Virus record (IMG/VR): IMGVR_UViG_3300035162_000505
Source of the DNA: an uncultured virus (IMG/VR IMGVR_UViG_3300035162_000505)
Taxonomy: Duplodnaviria > Heunggongvirae > Uroviricota > Caudoviricetes
Length of the DNA: 64,000 nucleotides
Reading direction: 5' to 3' (one strand)
In this document: piece by piece, positions 45,135 through 55,393 of the stretch
How positions within the stretch are numbered: position 1 is the stretch's first letter
Layout: each line of letters opens with the position of its first letter
Translations under genes and position numbers: made by a program
Notes under the pieces: generated by a model
What the model was told of the DNA's origin: nothing
Seen by the model: the letters and a program-made list of their open reading frames with translations, nothing else
Database searches by the model: none

Positions 45135-47589
45135 CGATTTTTGCGAAGGAAACATTAAAACCATTACTCCAAGTTCCAGCATCATCTGCACCCGCTTGTC
45201 TCCATTCACTCTCATCATAGTGGATAAATGTTGAATAGCCACCAATACCGGGGCGAACACCACGTGCCTTTGCGTTTCTGACCAGTATCCTAATGTAACG
45301 TTGATACAAGATTGCGTTCTGTGAAGGATTGATACGAACCCCGTCAAGCAGTAAGAAGTGATCTGCCGCTTCACCAACAGGATGATTATTAGTCCCACTA
45401 TCTCTTTTCGCTCTACCACCATCTGATGTGATCTGTGCTGTGTAACCTTCACCAAGCTCTCTCACTGCTTCAGCAATGGAGTCTACTATTCTTTGATCAG
45501 GCCAGTGTATTCTATCATTCCCTCTAGTGTGAGTAACAACATTATCGGTTGGTGGTATTGCAGATTTATTTCTTGCACGTTCTTCTAAAGTCTCTGTGGT
45601 TTCTAATAGACATTCGATAAACTCACCCTCAGATAATATCTGTCTGTTATATTCAGTAGATATTTTTCTTCTGAATGTGCCTGTCCACTGATCATCAATG
45701 TCTGGCATGACTATGATTAGTCTTGAACTCAATACAACCTGATCACCCACACACTCTAAAGTGTCATAAGATAAGATCATCTCATCAAAGAAACTAACGT
45801 CCTTTAAGTATTCTGCGATATCAAACAAGTCTAGGTTATTTGGCTTACCGCTTTTATTGATTGCTTTATAGACTACGGCCTTTCCTTTAGCCTTTAGATC
45901 ATTTATACTATTGGGTGTTATTATTTCCGAAGCACTTGGTCTGTAGACGCCCTCAGATACTACGAGATTAACACCTCTAAATCTTTCATTGTTATTCTGT
46001 ATTTTTTTCAGTATAAGTGAATGAACATATAAGTTCTTAGCAATATCTCTTTTCACTGAAAGAGACTTTATAAACTTAAGGTTTGTAGAGTCATCAGACC
46101 CTAAGAACTTGGCTATAGTAATATTGTCAGACAACTTAGTCTTGATTGTAATATCATCTTGTCTTAAAGGATTATACTTCTCTTCAGGTACAATACTTAG
46201 AGCGGATCTTTTGGTTATAAATGTTGCGGAAATCTGTGGTGAGTAAATGTTTGCTGGCATAGTACTTAACACAGGAGTAGATTCTTGTCTTACCGTTCTA
46301 CCAGTTCTCGCTGGTAGGGGGTTGTTATAATCAGAACAAATAAGATTTTCTTTTAATAGTTGCCCCACAAACTGAGCATTACCAGAGTTAACAACATCTC
46401 TTAACTTTGATCTGGCCTGTCCTGTTGTCATATAACCATTAGACACGCCACTATAGTCATTGGACTTATCAATGAAGTTCTTAATGTAGTCACCCTTGTC
46501 AATGATTACCTTACGAATACCGCCAGCGGCCTTTAACAAATATGTAAGAACCTTGGTTGAGGTTGGCGCTGTGATAGAAGGAGTTGCTGTGTCTGTAATA
46601 GTTCCAGCCGTACCAACACCACCACCACCATTGGGATCAGCATAGTTTTGAGATTGTGCCACAGTTGCTGTAGTAGCAGTTCCTTTTAAATCTCCATGGA
46701 ATGTTGGGGCAGTAACACCTTGATCAAAGATAGCACCATTACCCACAAAGTCCATTGCAGTGCCGCCTATAACCCCTGTGCCGCCTTGTAGTGTCATGTT
46801 ATTAGCAGAGGCAGTGAAGTTATCGGCAGACATATTAAGATAATCTTCTGATGTAACATCCATCGTTCCACTTGAAAACAAACCAACATTGCCATTGATG
46901 TTATAATCTAGATTACCTTTGACGTTGTGTTGATGACCACCCAAGAATACATCTGTAACCAAGCCAGTAGAGTATGTTGTTATCGGTCCTGTTACAGATG
47001 ACTGTGATCCATTACCTACGTGCTTTTCTTCAGACCCTCTTATAGTTTCAACCTTATTACCGTTCACTTTAACATTATAGTCTAGGCAATCAACATTGAA
47101 CTCTCCGACAACTTTAATGTTTAGGTTTCCCTTATAGACTAGCTGTGCGTCTCCCTCAACGATAACTTCATTAGAGCCGCCAATGACTTCTACTTTTCTT
47201 TTCTTAGTGCTAATAATAATACTTCCATCAGGAGTAAGTTCAATACCACTACCTTCTATATGCTTGATAAGGATACGTTCATTACCATCAGTGTCATCTA
47301 CTTCCCATACATGACCCTTTTCTGATTTAGATACTTGGTTCTTACCATAAACAGAAGAAACTTTATTACCCGTCTCCAACTCAACGTCATCATACTGAGC
47401 AAAAAACTCTAGGTCATTTCTGGCAACGCCTCTTGCTTCCTTGGAAATATTGCTTGAAAAGAAGTAGTCTGTCTCTGGATACTGACCAGTAGGATCTTCT
47501 GGACGATTTTTAGACTTGCTAGAAACTCTAGCATCTATAATTTCCTGAGGAATTCCTGAAAGGTTATTTGGATATTTACCATACGCCAT
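45130..47589 (-). CDS. gp5 C-terminal beta-helix spike part fused to peptidase-M15-like domains
   Basis: DPTGQYP, GHVWEVDDTDGNERI..KH..GS beta-helix; C-terminal NH..GEAAD...GIGGY..FIHYD zinc-peptidase motif. Confidence 0.78.
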   Translation of the reverse strand: MAYGKYPNNLSGIPQEIIDARVSSKSKNRPEDPTGQYPETDYFFSSNISKEARGVARNDLEFFAQYDDVELETGNKVSSVYGKNQVSKSEKGHVWEVDDTDGNERILIKHIEGSGIELTPDGSIIISTKKRKVEVIGGSNEVIVEGDAQLVYKGNLNIKVVGEFNVDCLDYNVKVNGNKVETIRGSEEKHVGNGSQSSVTGPITTYSTGLVTDVFLGGHQHNVKGNLDYNINGNVGLFSSGTMDVTSEDYLNMSADNFTASANNMTLQGGTGVIGGTAMDFVGNGAIFDQGVTAPTFHGDLKGTATTATVAQSQNYADPNGGGGVGTAGTITDTATPSITAPTSTKVLTYLLKAAGGIRKVIIDKGDYIKNFIDKSNDYSGVSNGYMTTGQARSKLRDVVNSGNAQFVGQLLKENLICSDYNNPLPARTGRTVRQESTPVLSTMPANIYSPQISATFITKRSALSIVPEEKYNPLRQDDITIKTKLSDNITIAKFLGSDDSTNLKFIKSLSVKRDIAKNLYVHSLILKKIQNNNERFRGVNLVVSEGVYRPSASEIITPNSINDLKAKGKAVVYKAINKSGKPNNLDLFDIAEYLKDVSFFDEMILSYDTLECVGDQVVLSSRLIIVMPDIDDQWTGTFRRKISTEYNRQILSEGEFIECLLETTETLEERARNKSAIPPTDNVVTHTRGNDRIHWPDQRIVDSIAEAVRELGEGYTAQITSDGGRAKRDSGTNNHPVGEAADHFLLLDGVRINPSQNAILYQRYIRILVRNAKARGVRPGIGGYSTFIHYDESEWRQAGADDAGTWSNGFNVSFAKIV

Positions 47590-47590
47590 A

Positions 47591-49084
47591 TTAGTTTCCT
47601 ACATATCCATCTACTAGTTGTTTTTGCGTCAAAGGTGCAGTCGTATTAGGATTATAATCTTTTATATTTTCTTTACCGAATACATTCTTTACATTAAGAG
47701 CTACGTTCCACCAAGGAGATTCAGTGGATCTTATAATATCATGAATCCCAAATACCTGAACCCCCGGCTTGACATTAAATATGCTCTGAAACATCTTTCG
47801 AATAGTATTCATCTGTGCAGTACTAGCCATATAGTTTGGTTCTTCAAGAGCAATTAATATACTTCTCTCCGAATGATCTGGCACACCACTGTAGTAAAAT
47901 CCTGTTCCTTTTATATCTACTGGTCTTCCTCTAAAAAGCACACCAGCATAGTTGATGTAATAGTGTGGCTCGAACCCTTGATCATATTTATCAACGTATA
48001 ACTGATGCCATTCTTCAACTGTTGTTGTGCTACCATCGACTGTGGCAAAGGCTTCTACTATAACTTCAGTAACTTCTCTGGTCATATTAGCAAGTTCAGT
48101 TTCTAGTTCAGTTATGTCTGCTATAGGATCAAATATCTTTGAGTTAATATCTGTAGTTGCTTCACGCCATACATTGTTGTAGTCATCGGTTCTTTTACTT
48201 GGTATATGCACTGAGACTGCGGCTGGTTCTAAAACTGTGGATGCTCTGTTATCTATTTTCAATATAACATTTTTTAAATCAGCATCAGACTTATCAGAAT
48301 ATTTTTTTAATATCTTAACAGCATTATCAATATCACCATTATTTTTTGATGTGACAATATCTTTTACATCTTCAGGTGGAACATTATATGTAACGTCACC
48401 CTTTTTTGCTACTGAGTTTAAAAGAACTTCAGTTGATTGAAAGGTTGTCTCTACCAAGTTTTCTATTGTGCCATTAAATCCAGAAGAAGAGTTATTCAGT
48501 ACTTTAGATCTAGAGTTGTTTTGATTTGAAATGGCATTGATTACTTTATTACTTGTGCCTTTTTTAGTATTTAATACATCACCCAATACGTTGTCCAAAA
48601 TATCATCTCTGGCAAGTTCTGTTGATACATTATTACCGACAATAGTTTTTACCTCACTAGATGAAGAGGTTGTTGTGGATTTAACAACTTCAGCCAAGGC
48701 TTCTGGGAACGGAGCACTAACAGCCACGTCAAGAAAACCATCCGAAGACAATCGACTATCTCCTGTGATTGCAGTCAAGTCTGTCTCATCACTCCCCACA
48801 TCTTTTATTAGATCAGCCGATTTAGCACTTGGATCTAACTTGACAACACCTAAAGACTTTTGTATCTGATTTGGAACAGAGCCTTCGACACTAGACACAA
48901 TATCTCTATCAGCACTGGCTAAAGATTGAAATCCACCAGAGGTTGTATTATCAGGTTTATACTTAAAACTAACAGAAGTATCGTAAACTTCTCTCAGTTC
49001 TCTTGTAGCACTACTGGAAGATTGCTGACCTAATAGTCTACTTAAAGCATTCATACCATCTTGTAATAAATCTTTAGAGGACAT
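47591..49084 (-). CDS. Baseplate hub-associated protein with a degenerate amidase-2/PGRP-like domain
   Basis: EVIVEAFAT...HYYI..G....GRP...SI.IAL...Q......PGVQVFGIHD resembles the T7-lysozyme fold without the zinc ligands. Confidence 0.6.
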   Translation of the reverse strand: MSSKDLLQDGMNALSRLLGQQSSSSATRELREVYDTSVSFKYKPDNTTSGGFQSLASADRDIVSSVEGSVPNQIQKSLGVVKLDPSAKSADLIKDVGSDETDLTAITGDSRLSSDGFLDVAVSAPFPEALAEVVKSTTTSSSSEVKTIVGNNVSTELARDDILDNVLGDVLNTKKGTSNKVINAISNQNNSRSKVLNNSSSGFNGTIENLVETTFQSTEVLLNSVAKKGDVTYNVPPEDVKDIVTSKNNGDIDNAVKILKKYSDKSDADLKNVILKIDNRASTVLEPAAVSVHIPSKRTDDYNNVWREATTDINSKIFDPIADITELETELANMTREVTEVIVEAFATVDGSTTTVEEWHQLYVDKYDQGFEPHYYINYAGVLFRGRPVDIKGTGFYYSGVPDHSERSILIALEEPNYMASTAQMNTIRKMFQSIFNVKPGVQVFGIHDIIRSTESPWWNVALNVKNVFGKENIKDYNPNTTAPLTQKQLVDGYVGN

Positions 49085-50022
49085 TATCTAGCTCCTGATG
49101 ATAAGTTAGAAGATAAAGAAGCTATCAAAGTTGCTTTGTATTCATCATAAGCCGCTCTAGCCGCTAACGGTCTTGATCTACCACTATTATTACTATAGTT
49201 TGCTGGGTCTGCTCTTTCAAATATGTGAAAGAAGTGGAATGTGGAATTTGTATCATCCTTATCTCCATCAAAGTTAGTTATATTCATCTCATTACTTAAA
49301 TGATTCCAACAATCATGTGGTACGCCTGTCTTCATATCATATATTAAAAACTTTAACTGTAGGAAAAGATCGTAGGGATCTTCGTTTAAGTCAGAAGCAT
49401 ATGCCTCAACTCTTTGCCATCTACCCACTCCTGAGTTCCATTGAGCAATACCTCTAGAGTCTTCTGAGCCAGCCGACACAGCTTTAGGATCAAAGTTGCT
49501 TTCTATTTCTAGGTTACCACAAACACCAGCCGCTGATTTTATCGGAAGGCCATTACTAATTAAAAAGTCCATGACCAAAACTCTTAACTGTCTTATTTCA
49601 GCACTACCATTTTGATATATCTGACGTTGTTGTTCAGATACTGTAACACCTTCTTTACCAATGTTTTTAGAATCAAGAAGATTTACTCTTCCAGATTCAG
49701 CCGCCGCTTTTACTTGAGAAGAAGAGGGTTGTTCTATATGACTCATAGAACCAATTATCATAGGATTTTGAGAAGCTTTACCGTCCAAGAAGATCCCGAA
49801 TACTAAAGCATTATTCTTCAACTGTGGTATTCTACCTATACCTGATACACCACCCTCTGTAGTAGGCATGACTGTTTCAGCCCAAGGTAGAAACTTATCT
49901 TCAACTTCTTGAGAGTGTACACCAAATATTCTTACTTGAAATCTACCAGCCTGTTGAGGATCATTACCATTAATAACTCTCGCAACAAACCACCTATTAT
50001 TATCGCCATAGTATTCATTCAT
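49084..50022 (-). CDS. gp5: gp5 N-terminal OB-fold fused to a phage tail lysozyme domain
   Basis: WFVARV....DP...GR.QVRIFGVH...LPWA, VFGIFLDG..Q.P; AAGVCGNLEIES...GIAQW...RW...QL.F. Start set at MNEYYG. Confidence 0.85.
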   Translation of the reverse strand: MNEYYGDNNRWFVARVINGNDPQQAGRFQVRIFGVHSQEVEDKFLPWAETVMPTTEGGVSGIGRIPQLKNNALVFGIFLDGKASQNPMIIGSMSHIEQPSSSQVKAAAESGRVNLLDSKNIGKEGVTVSEQQRQIYQNGSAEIRQLRVLVMDFLISNGLPIKSAAGVCGNLEIESNFDPKAVSAGSEDSRGIAQWNSGVGRWQRVEAYASDLNEDPYDLFLQLKFLIYDMKTGVPHDCWNHLSNEMNITNFDGDKDDTNSTFHFFHIFERADPANYSNNSGRSRPLAARAAYDEYKATLIASLSSNLSSGAR

Positions 50023-51370
50023 TAGAAATACTCCGACTAGCAAGTTTACATAGATCTAGAGAAACATTATGTTTCCCACCCGCAACATCTAAACAATGGC
50101 GTTTAGCAAGTATCACAAATCTTCCAGATCTCTTCTCATCAATTCTTCCCCCAACAACATGACTTATATCATTTTTATATATTATCATAGATATCTGATG
50201 CCCGACACAAGTTTCTATGTTGTTCATTGAAAATAGTATTCCGGGGACATTTATGTTATATTTGTTTTTTAGCAAATGTGCTATAACACTTCTTTTAGTC
50301 AATTTAAAAGTTTCATTTACTTCGTTGTATTCTTGATCAAATCCATTAGCATCATCATAGGGATTGGTGACTACTCTAGTATGTATCTTTGAATTAAAAT
50401 CAGTTATTTTGGATTGATCTATTTTTTTAGGATCTGATATAAACTTACTATCAAAGGCAATGAAGTTTTGATCTTTTGGAAGTAATTCTTTTTCTATTAA
50501 CTTACTAAAATGCCTGTTCATATCCTGATGATATATAAAGTTTATTCCCGTAGTTGCATTAATAGATTCGTACTGAGACCCCATTCCCCCCTCTAATGCT
50601 AGGTCTAAAGTATTCTCAGCAAGACCTGATTCGAAATGTGTTATGTTCGTAGCTTGAGATTCTATATCATTCTTATTGACGTTTTCCTGATCGTATACGA
50701 ATGGTTTCATATGATTAAAGGATTGAGTATTAATAATAGTTTCAAGATCAGTCAAATAAAAGTTATCATCTACTATAGATGAATAAAAGAAAAATGGATA
50801 TCCGTTATCTGTAGACATTTTAGTCAATACAGTTTTAATAGCAGTTAGTGGATCTTGATAAGGAACAATGTATCTAAAGGATGCTTGTGAGGATTCTTTT
50901 TTGCTTTCAATAATAAGTTCTCTACCAAGTTTATCTTTTACAATGTTTTTTATTATTTGCTCACCAGTTCCTGTGTATGCTTTACTAAACTTGTTTAAGT
51001 CGTTATAGAACTTTATATCTTCAACCAAAGATAGCGATACTATTGAGGAGTAATCGTTAGATTTTATACTATCAGTAATTTCTTCTACAACAAAAGTTTT
51101 AATTATTGAGTTCGTAGTTTGATCAGGAACTACAAACTCTAATCTTATTCTTTCAGTTCCATTAATATCTGCTTGTGTATAAATGTCTTGATCATCTTGA
51201 AGAATAATATCTCCTGTCAAATATCCAAGTGTTAAGTTTTCGTATATATTGAATTCAATAACAATGCCAGAGTCGGATGCATTAGAGAATATTAATGGCT
51301 CACTGAATCGTTCAGAATCCATCGTAATACTAATTATCTTTAGTTGTTCCGCTGATAATATATCTGGCAT
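50015..51370 (-). CDS. Baseplate hub protein (gp27-like position)
   Basis: FNIYENL...LTG.I...D, G.ERI, YPFFFY, DEKRSGRFVI...RH; lies between g53 and g5. Confidence 0.68.
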   Translation of the reverse strand: MPDILSAEQLKIISITMDSERFSEPLIFSNASDSGIVIEFNIYENLTLGYLTGDIILQDDQDIYTQADINGTERIRLEFVVPDQTTNSIIKTFVVEEITDSIKSNDYSSIVSLSLVEDIKFYNDLNKFSKAYTGTGEQIIKNIVKDKLGRELIIESKKESSQASFRYIVPYQDPLTAIKTVLTKMSTDNGYPFFFYSSIVDDNFYLTDLETIINTQSFNHMKPFVYDQENVNKNDIESQATNITHFESGLAENTLDLALEGGMGSQYESINATTGINFIYHQDMNRHFSKLIEKELLPKDQNFIAFDSKFISDPKKIDQSKITDFNSKIHTRVVTNPYDDANGFDQEYNEVNETFKLTKRSVIAHLLKNKYNINVPGILFSMNNIETCVGHQISMIIYKNDISHVVGGRIDEKRSGRFVILAKRHCLDVAGGKHNVSLDLCKLASRSISNE

Positions 51371-51371
51371 A

Positions 51372-52430
51372 TTAACTTCTTAATAGTTTCTGAAATTCGC
51401 TGTTTACTTGAGATACAACATTAGGTTTAAATATGTTTATTCTACGCAAGGTATCATTAGCTTCGATGAGACGATCCAAATGTGTAACTGGAGTATGACT
51501 TACAAACGCTGTTCTGTTTTCTACGCCACCACCAGCAACTATAGTTAAATCAGATTCTTCACCACTTGCATTATTATAGTGATGAGGAGCATTATACTGA
51601 TTAACATTACTATGTATTATTAAACTTCGAACTAGGTCATCGTCCCATAGCAACACGTTTGGTTGATTACGTTGAGAGTAAATGGTTGTGCTGTTAGGAA
51701 GACTGAAGCTTGAAAGTACTGAGGTTGCTGTAGCCTGTGTTCCATTTGCGATGTTAGGTTCTGATATAATAACTCTGGGAGCACTTGTGTATCCTTCACC
51801 ACCTGTTGTGACTGCTATAGACTGTATTGTTTCTGAAACCTTGACTACACTACCATCCAAATAGGTCATAATTGCTTGTACAGTTGCACCTGTTCCACCA
51901 CCCCCAGATAGGGTTATAGTAGGTGGTGAGGTGTAACCACTACCACCATTAGTCAGAGATATTGACCTAACATCAATAATAGGCTTTACTGTTATCTGTC
52001 CAAGATCGTAGTTCTTCTCTATAATCTTCCCTTTGAACACTGTACCAAACTCATCAGAGTTAACACGATCCGCAACAAGATCTCCAATGTAAAACTCTCC
52101 ATGCATTGCCGCTGTAGATTTTAATATTCTATTAGGATAATATACTTTAGCAAGATCATTTATTTTATAATTGTCCTGAGGCCAACCTTGTATACGCAAC
52201 TTTTCATTTAACAAAAAGAAAGTCCAATACAAATCGATATTGCCATATAACTCATATGAAAGAATATCAGGTCTTGATGCATCATCGATATAATACTCTT
52301 CGTAGAATGTTGCGTCATCTGCTATCTGATCAACAAGATCTATGTAAGCAGTTAAGTTTTGAAATGCTGTATCAGAAGTTTCTGTACCAAACTTATAATC
52401 AATAACTGGAAAGTTTCTAAAAAATGCCAT
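51372..52430 (-). CDS. gp53: Baseplate wedge protein gp53 with an inserted beta-rich domain
   Basis: [40 protein letters not shown]. Start set at MAFF. Confidence 0.88.
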   Translation of the reverse strand: MAFFRNFPVIDYKFGTETSDTAFQNLTAYIDLVDQIADDATFYEEYYIDDASRPDILSYELYGNIDLYWTFFLLNEKLRIQGWPQDNYKINDLAKVYYPNRILKSTAAMHGEFYIGDLVADRVNSDEFGTVFKGKIIEKNYDLGQITVKPIIDVRSISLTNGGSGYTSPPTITLSGGGGTGATVQAIMTYLDGSVVKVSETIQSIAVTTGGEGYTSAPRVIISEPNIANGTQATATSVLSSFSLPNSTTIYSQRNQPNVLLWDDDLVRSLIIHSNVNQYNAPHHYNNASGEESDLTIVAGGGVENRTAFVSHTPVTHLDRLIEANDTLRRINIFKPNVVSQVNSEFQKLLRS

Positions 52431-52431
52431 G

Positions 52432-53448
52432 TTAAAATCCCGTCCCAAACGTATAGTCTTCACCAAGTGCGGCGGCTTCTTCTATAATATCTCTCTTAGT
52501 CAAAGGTCTTTCTTCAACAAAGTTTAGTGATATATCAGTTTCTTGGAAGTTACCATCTTTATGAAACGCCATACCTGTTGCATTATAAACAACATCAACA
52601 CCTTGCAGAAAAGATGGCAATATTCTTGTAGCAACTTTTTTCTTATCATAAAATAACTTTATGTTAAATTTACTAGGAAATCTAAGTGCCGCTGTTATCG
52701 CATCATCAGATGTATCAGGATACATTTCTTCTCTAAAAAACTGAACTATTCTTTTTACTTCCTCTGCTTCTTCTGGGGAAGTTGGTATCATTTTAAACGA
52801 AAATCTAAATTGCCTTATACCAATACCTCTTAGAGTAGATCTTCTATTAGGGTTTAAGGCTATTCCTGTTTGAGTTTCGATAGCACCTTGTGCTTCAGCA
52901 TTTATTTTACTAGACACTCTAAGTGCGGCAACTTGAGCACCCTCGCTCTGTAAACCTTTACTGAATGCTTCTTGTACAGAAGCAAAATCAGGAAGAATGT
53001 TTCCAGCAATGGCACTAGCAACACCGCCACCAGTTCTTCCACGAGCTAATGCTTTTTCTGCCGCCGATCCAATGATACCAAGATCAATTCCAGTATACTC
53101 TACAGTATCTTGAAACTGTAATGCTTGAGGTAAATATAACGAAGCTTTGCGACCAGCACCAATACGTGGTGGAATTTTACCTCTTTTAGTTTTTTGTACA
53201 CCCAAAAGAGCCGCCATTTGCCTTTGGGATTTTTTAGGATCAGAATAAACATCTCCTCCAATTTGTTGAACTGCACTAACACCTTCTACTCCCGCATTAA
53301 ACGCTGTCGAAGCTAGAGTAAGATAAGCTTCTTGAACTGCCTCGAAAGTGATACGTCCTTTATATCCATCATCTTCTAATGGAAATTTAAAACTGCTTTT
53401 AGCCAGTTCTTGATTGCCAGCCGCACCATAGCGTTTGTAATATGCCAT
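52432..53448 (-). CDS. gp48: Baseplate tail-tube cap
   Basis: [37 protein letters not shown]. Confidence 0.85.
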   Translation of the reverse strand: MAYYKRYGAAGNQELAKSSFKFPLEDDGYKGRITFEAVQEAYLTLASTAFNAGVEGVSAVQQIGGDVYSDPKKSQRQMAALLGVQKTKRGKIPPRIGAGRKASLYLPQALQFQDTVEYTGIDLGIIGSAAEKALARGRTGGGVASAIAGNILPDFASVQEAFSKGLQSEGAQVAALRVSSKINAEAQGAIETQTGIALNPNRRSTLRGIGIRQFRFSFKMIPTSPEEAEEVKRIVQFFREEMYPDTSDDAITAALRFPSKFNIKLFYDKKKVATRILPSFLQGVDVVYNATGMAFHKDGNFQETDISLNFVEERPLTKRDIIEEAAALGEDYTFGTGF

Positions 53449-53481
53449 TATCGATCCTTGATAAATATAAAAAGTTACTAT

Positions 53482-53489
53482 TATTTATA
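53482..53489 (-). promoter_or_regulatory. T4 late promoter for g48-g53-g5
   Basis: TATAAATA in the divergent g48/g4 gap; a GATAAATA variant faces g4 at about 53460. Confidence 0.75.
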
Positions 53490-53497
53490 AGGTATTT

Positions 53498-53989
53498 ATG
53501 GCATATTCAGGAACCTATAGGGTTAAAAACCGCACCAAATATAGTGGTGCAGTCGATAAAGTAGTCTTCAGATCTCTTTGGGAGAGAAATGCTTTTAAAT
53601 GGTGTGACGATAGTAGTGAGATTGTTGCGTGGTCTTCCGAAGAAGTTGTCATTCCTTACTTCTATGAGGTAGATAAGAAGTACCATAGATACTTCATGGA
53701 CTTAAAACTTACCTATAAGAATGGTAAGACAATACTAGTTGAGATCAAACCAAACAAAGAAACATCACCTCCAAAGTTTAATGGCAAGAAGTCTAAACGT
53801 TATATTACTGAAGGTATGACCTATGTAAAGAATATGAATAAATGGGCGGCGGCTCAGAACTATGCCGCTGACCGTGGTTGGGGATTTCAGATATGGACTG
53901 AGAATGAACTTAGTGCCATGGGTATCTTACCTAAACCTAGAAAGAAGATAGTTCCGCTAAAACCATTAAGAAAACCTAAGAAAAAATAA
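53498..53989 (+). CDS. gp4: Head completion nuclease
   Basis: AYSG, FRSLWER, WSSEEVVIPY, HRYFMD, VEIKP, NKW.AA. Confidence 0.95.
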   Translation: MAYSGTYRVKNRTKYSGAVDKVVFRSLWERNAFKWCDDSSEIVAWSSEEVVIPYFYEVDKKYHRYFMDLKLTYKNGKTILVEIKPNKETSPPKFNGKKSKRYITEGMTYVKNMNKWAAAQNYAADRGWGFQIWTENELSAMGILPKPRKKIVPLKPLRKPKKK

Positions 53990-54020
53990 CATACTCACCC
54001 AACTCAATGACCTCTCTTTA

Positions 54021-54049
54021 ATTATATACACATAATTATGATTCGTCAA
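54021..54049 (-). promoter_or_regulatory. Sigma70-type promoter antisense to g4
   Basis: TTGACG (54049-54044), 17 nt, TATAAT (54026-54021); shares TTGACGAATCATAA with the g32 promoter. Confidence 0.65.
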
Positions 54050-54062
54050 CCCCTAAAATAGA

Positions 54063-54070
54063 TATAAATA
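54063..54070 (+). promoter_or_regulatory. T4 late promoter for g2
   Basis: TATAAATA 5 nt before the ATG. Confidence 0.8.
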
Positions 54071-54075
54071 ACAAC

Positions 54076-54660
54076 ATGGCTAACTTATTTAAGAACTTAG
54101 AAATAGAAGCATTCAGAGCGGGTATCACCCCTAGAACAAAAGAGTCTAGGGAATGGTTCCGTAAACGTTTGGCTAGTATGGGTAAGATCAATCAAAAAGA
54201 ACTTATGACCTCAGACTCAGTAAAACTTGCTAACAAGCAACTTGTAGGGTCTATGCAGATGTTCTACTATCAAGCAAAGCATAGGGATACACTTCCTTAC
54301 TTCGATGCTTTTCCTTTAGTGATTGTTCTTGGTCCAGCGGAAAAGGGATTTCTAGGAATGAACTTACATTATCTCCCGCCACCATTGAGAGCAAAGTTCT
54401 TAGATGCTCTTATGGATATAACTACTAATAAGAAATATAATGAGTCCACACGCTTTGATGTTACATACGATATGCTGAAGGGTGCCGCTAAATACAAATA
54501 CTTTAAGCCATGTGTTAAACATTATCTAACAGCACAGGTTAGAAGTAAGTTTGCTAGGATACCAGCACCTGAGTGGGAAATCGCAACCTTCTTACCGACT
54601 GCTAGTTGGCAGGGTGGTTCTGCTTCACAAGTGTACAAAGACTCTAAGGGAATGATTTAA
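54076..54660 (+). CDS. gp2: DNA end protector protein
   Basis: S.EWF, FYY.AKH..TLPYFD.FPL, GFLGMNLHYLPP..R, PCVKHYL, W..A.FLPT. Confidence 0.93.
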   Translation: MANLFKNLEIEAFRAGITPRTKESREWFRKRLASMGKINQKELMTSDSVKLANKQLVGSMQMFYYQAKHRDTLPYFDAFPLVIVLGPAEKGFLGMNLHYLPPPLRAKFLDALMDITTNKKYNESTRFDVTYDMLKGAAKYKYFKPCVKHYLTAQVRSKFARIPAPEWEIATFLPTASWQGGSASQVYKDSKGMI

Positions 54661-55379
54661 TGTCCAGTATTGACCAGTTAAAAAGTTTAGTATCCAGAAA
54701 AGATGGTGTAGCACGTCCAAACGTGTTCAGAGTAAAGTTCCCATCCATCCCCGGTGCTACCTCAGAAGAAGTAAATCTTCTCTGTAAGGACGTTGTACTC
54801 CCCGGTAAGCAGATTATAACCAATGAACGTAGAATTGGTATGCAGACGCACAAGGTTCCGTATGGGTACGGTGTCTCAGATATCTCCATGACGTTCCAAG
54901 TCTTAAATGATTATGGCATCAGAAAATACTTTGATGTGTGGCAAAGTATTGCTGTTGATCAGGATGGACAAACCGCTGGATATCTTAGAGGTAGAGAAGG
55001 TTACGGAAAACAGATTGTTATAGAACAGTTGAAGAAAGGTATAGGTCTTCCCATCTATTCTACACCACTTGGTATTCCTAAACTACCTTCAGAAATACAG
55101 AATAGACTGCCTAAGTTTGGTCCTATAGATCTTGCTCAAGGCCAGTTTGACTTAGACTTCGTAACAGGGGATGATGTGATATACTCATGTACATTGTTTG
55201 ATGCATTCCCTACCACAATGAACGATATTACCTTAAACAATGAAATGGATGGGGTAGTAGAATTAAACGTACAACTATCGTACACAAAATGGATTCCAAA
55301 TGAAGTTGAATCTACTAGCAATATTGAGAAGTTCTTAATGACTCAAATCGGAACAGCAATAGGAAAGATATTTAATTAA
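54660..55379 (+). CDS. gp54: Baseplate tail-tube initiator (gp54-like, tube fold)
   Basis: GVARPNVF, LC..V.LPG, FD.WQ, L.DAFP, V.LSY.KW. Confidence 0.75.
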   Translation: MSSIDQLKSLVSRKDGVARPNVFRVKFPSIPGATSEEVNLLCKDVVLPGKQIITNERRIGMQTHKVPYGYGVSDISMTFQVLNDYGIRKYFDVWQSIAVDQDGQTAGYLRGREGYGKQIVIEQLKKGIGLPIYSTPLGIPKLPSEIQNRLPKFGPIDLAQGQFDLDFVTGDDVIYSCTLFDAFPTTMNDITLNNEMDGVVELNVQLSYTKWIPNEVESTSNIEKFLMTQIGTAIGKIFN

Positions 55380-55393
55380 AGGATTGAATTGAG

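Noticed and set aside
45126..45455. 109-aa alternative-frame ORF at the end of the gp5 C-terminal gene
   Set aside because: Overlaps the frame encoding the coherent M15 motif; no slippery site or SD noticed.
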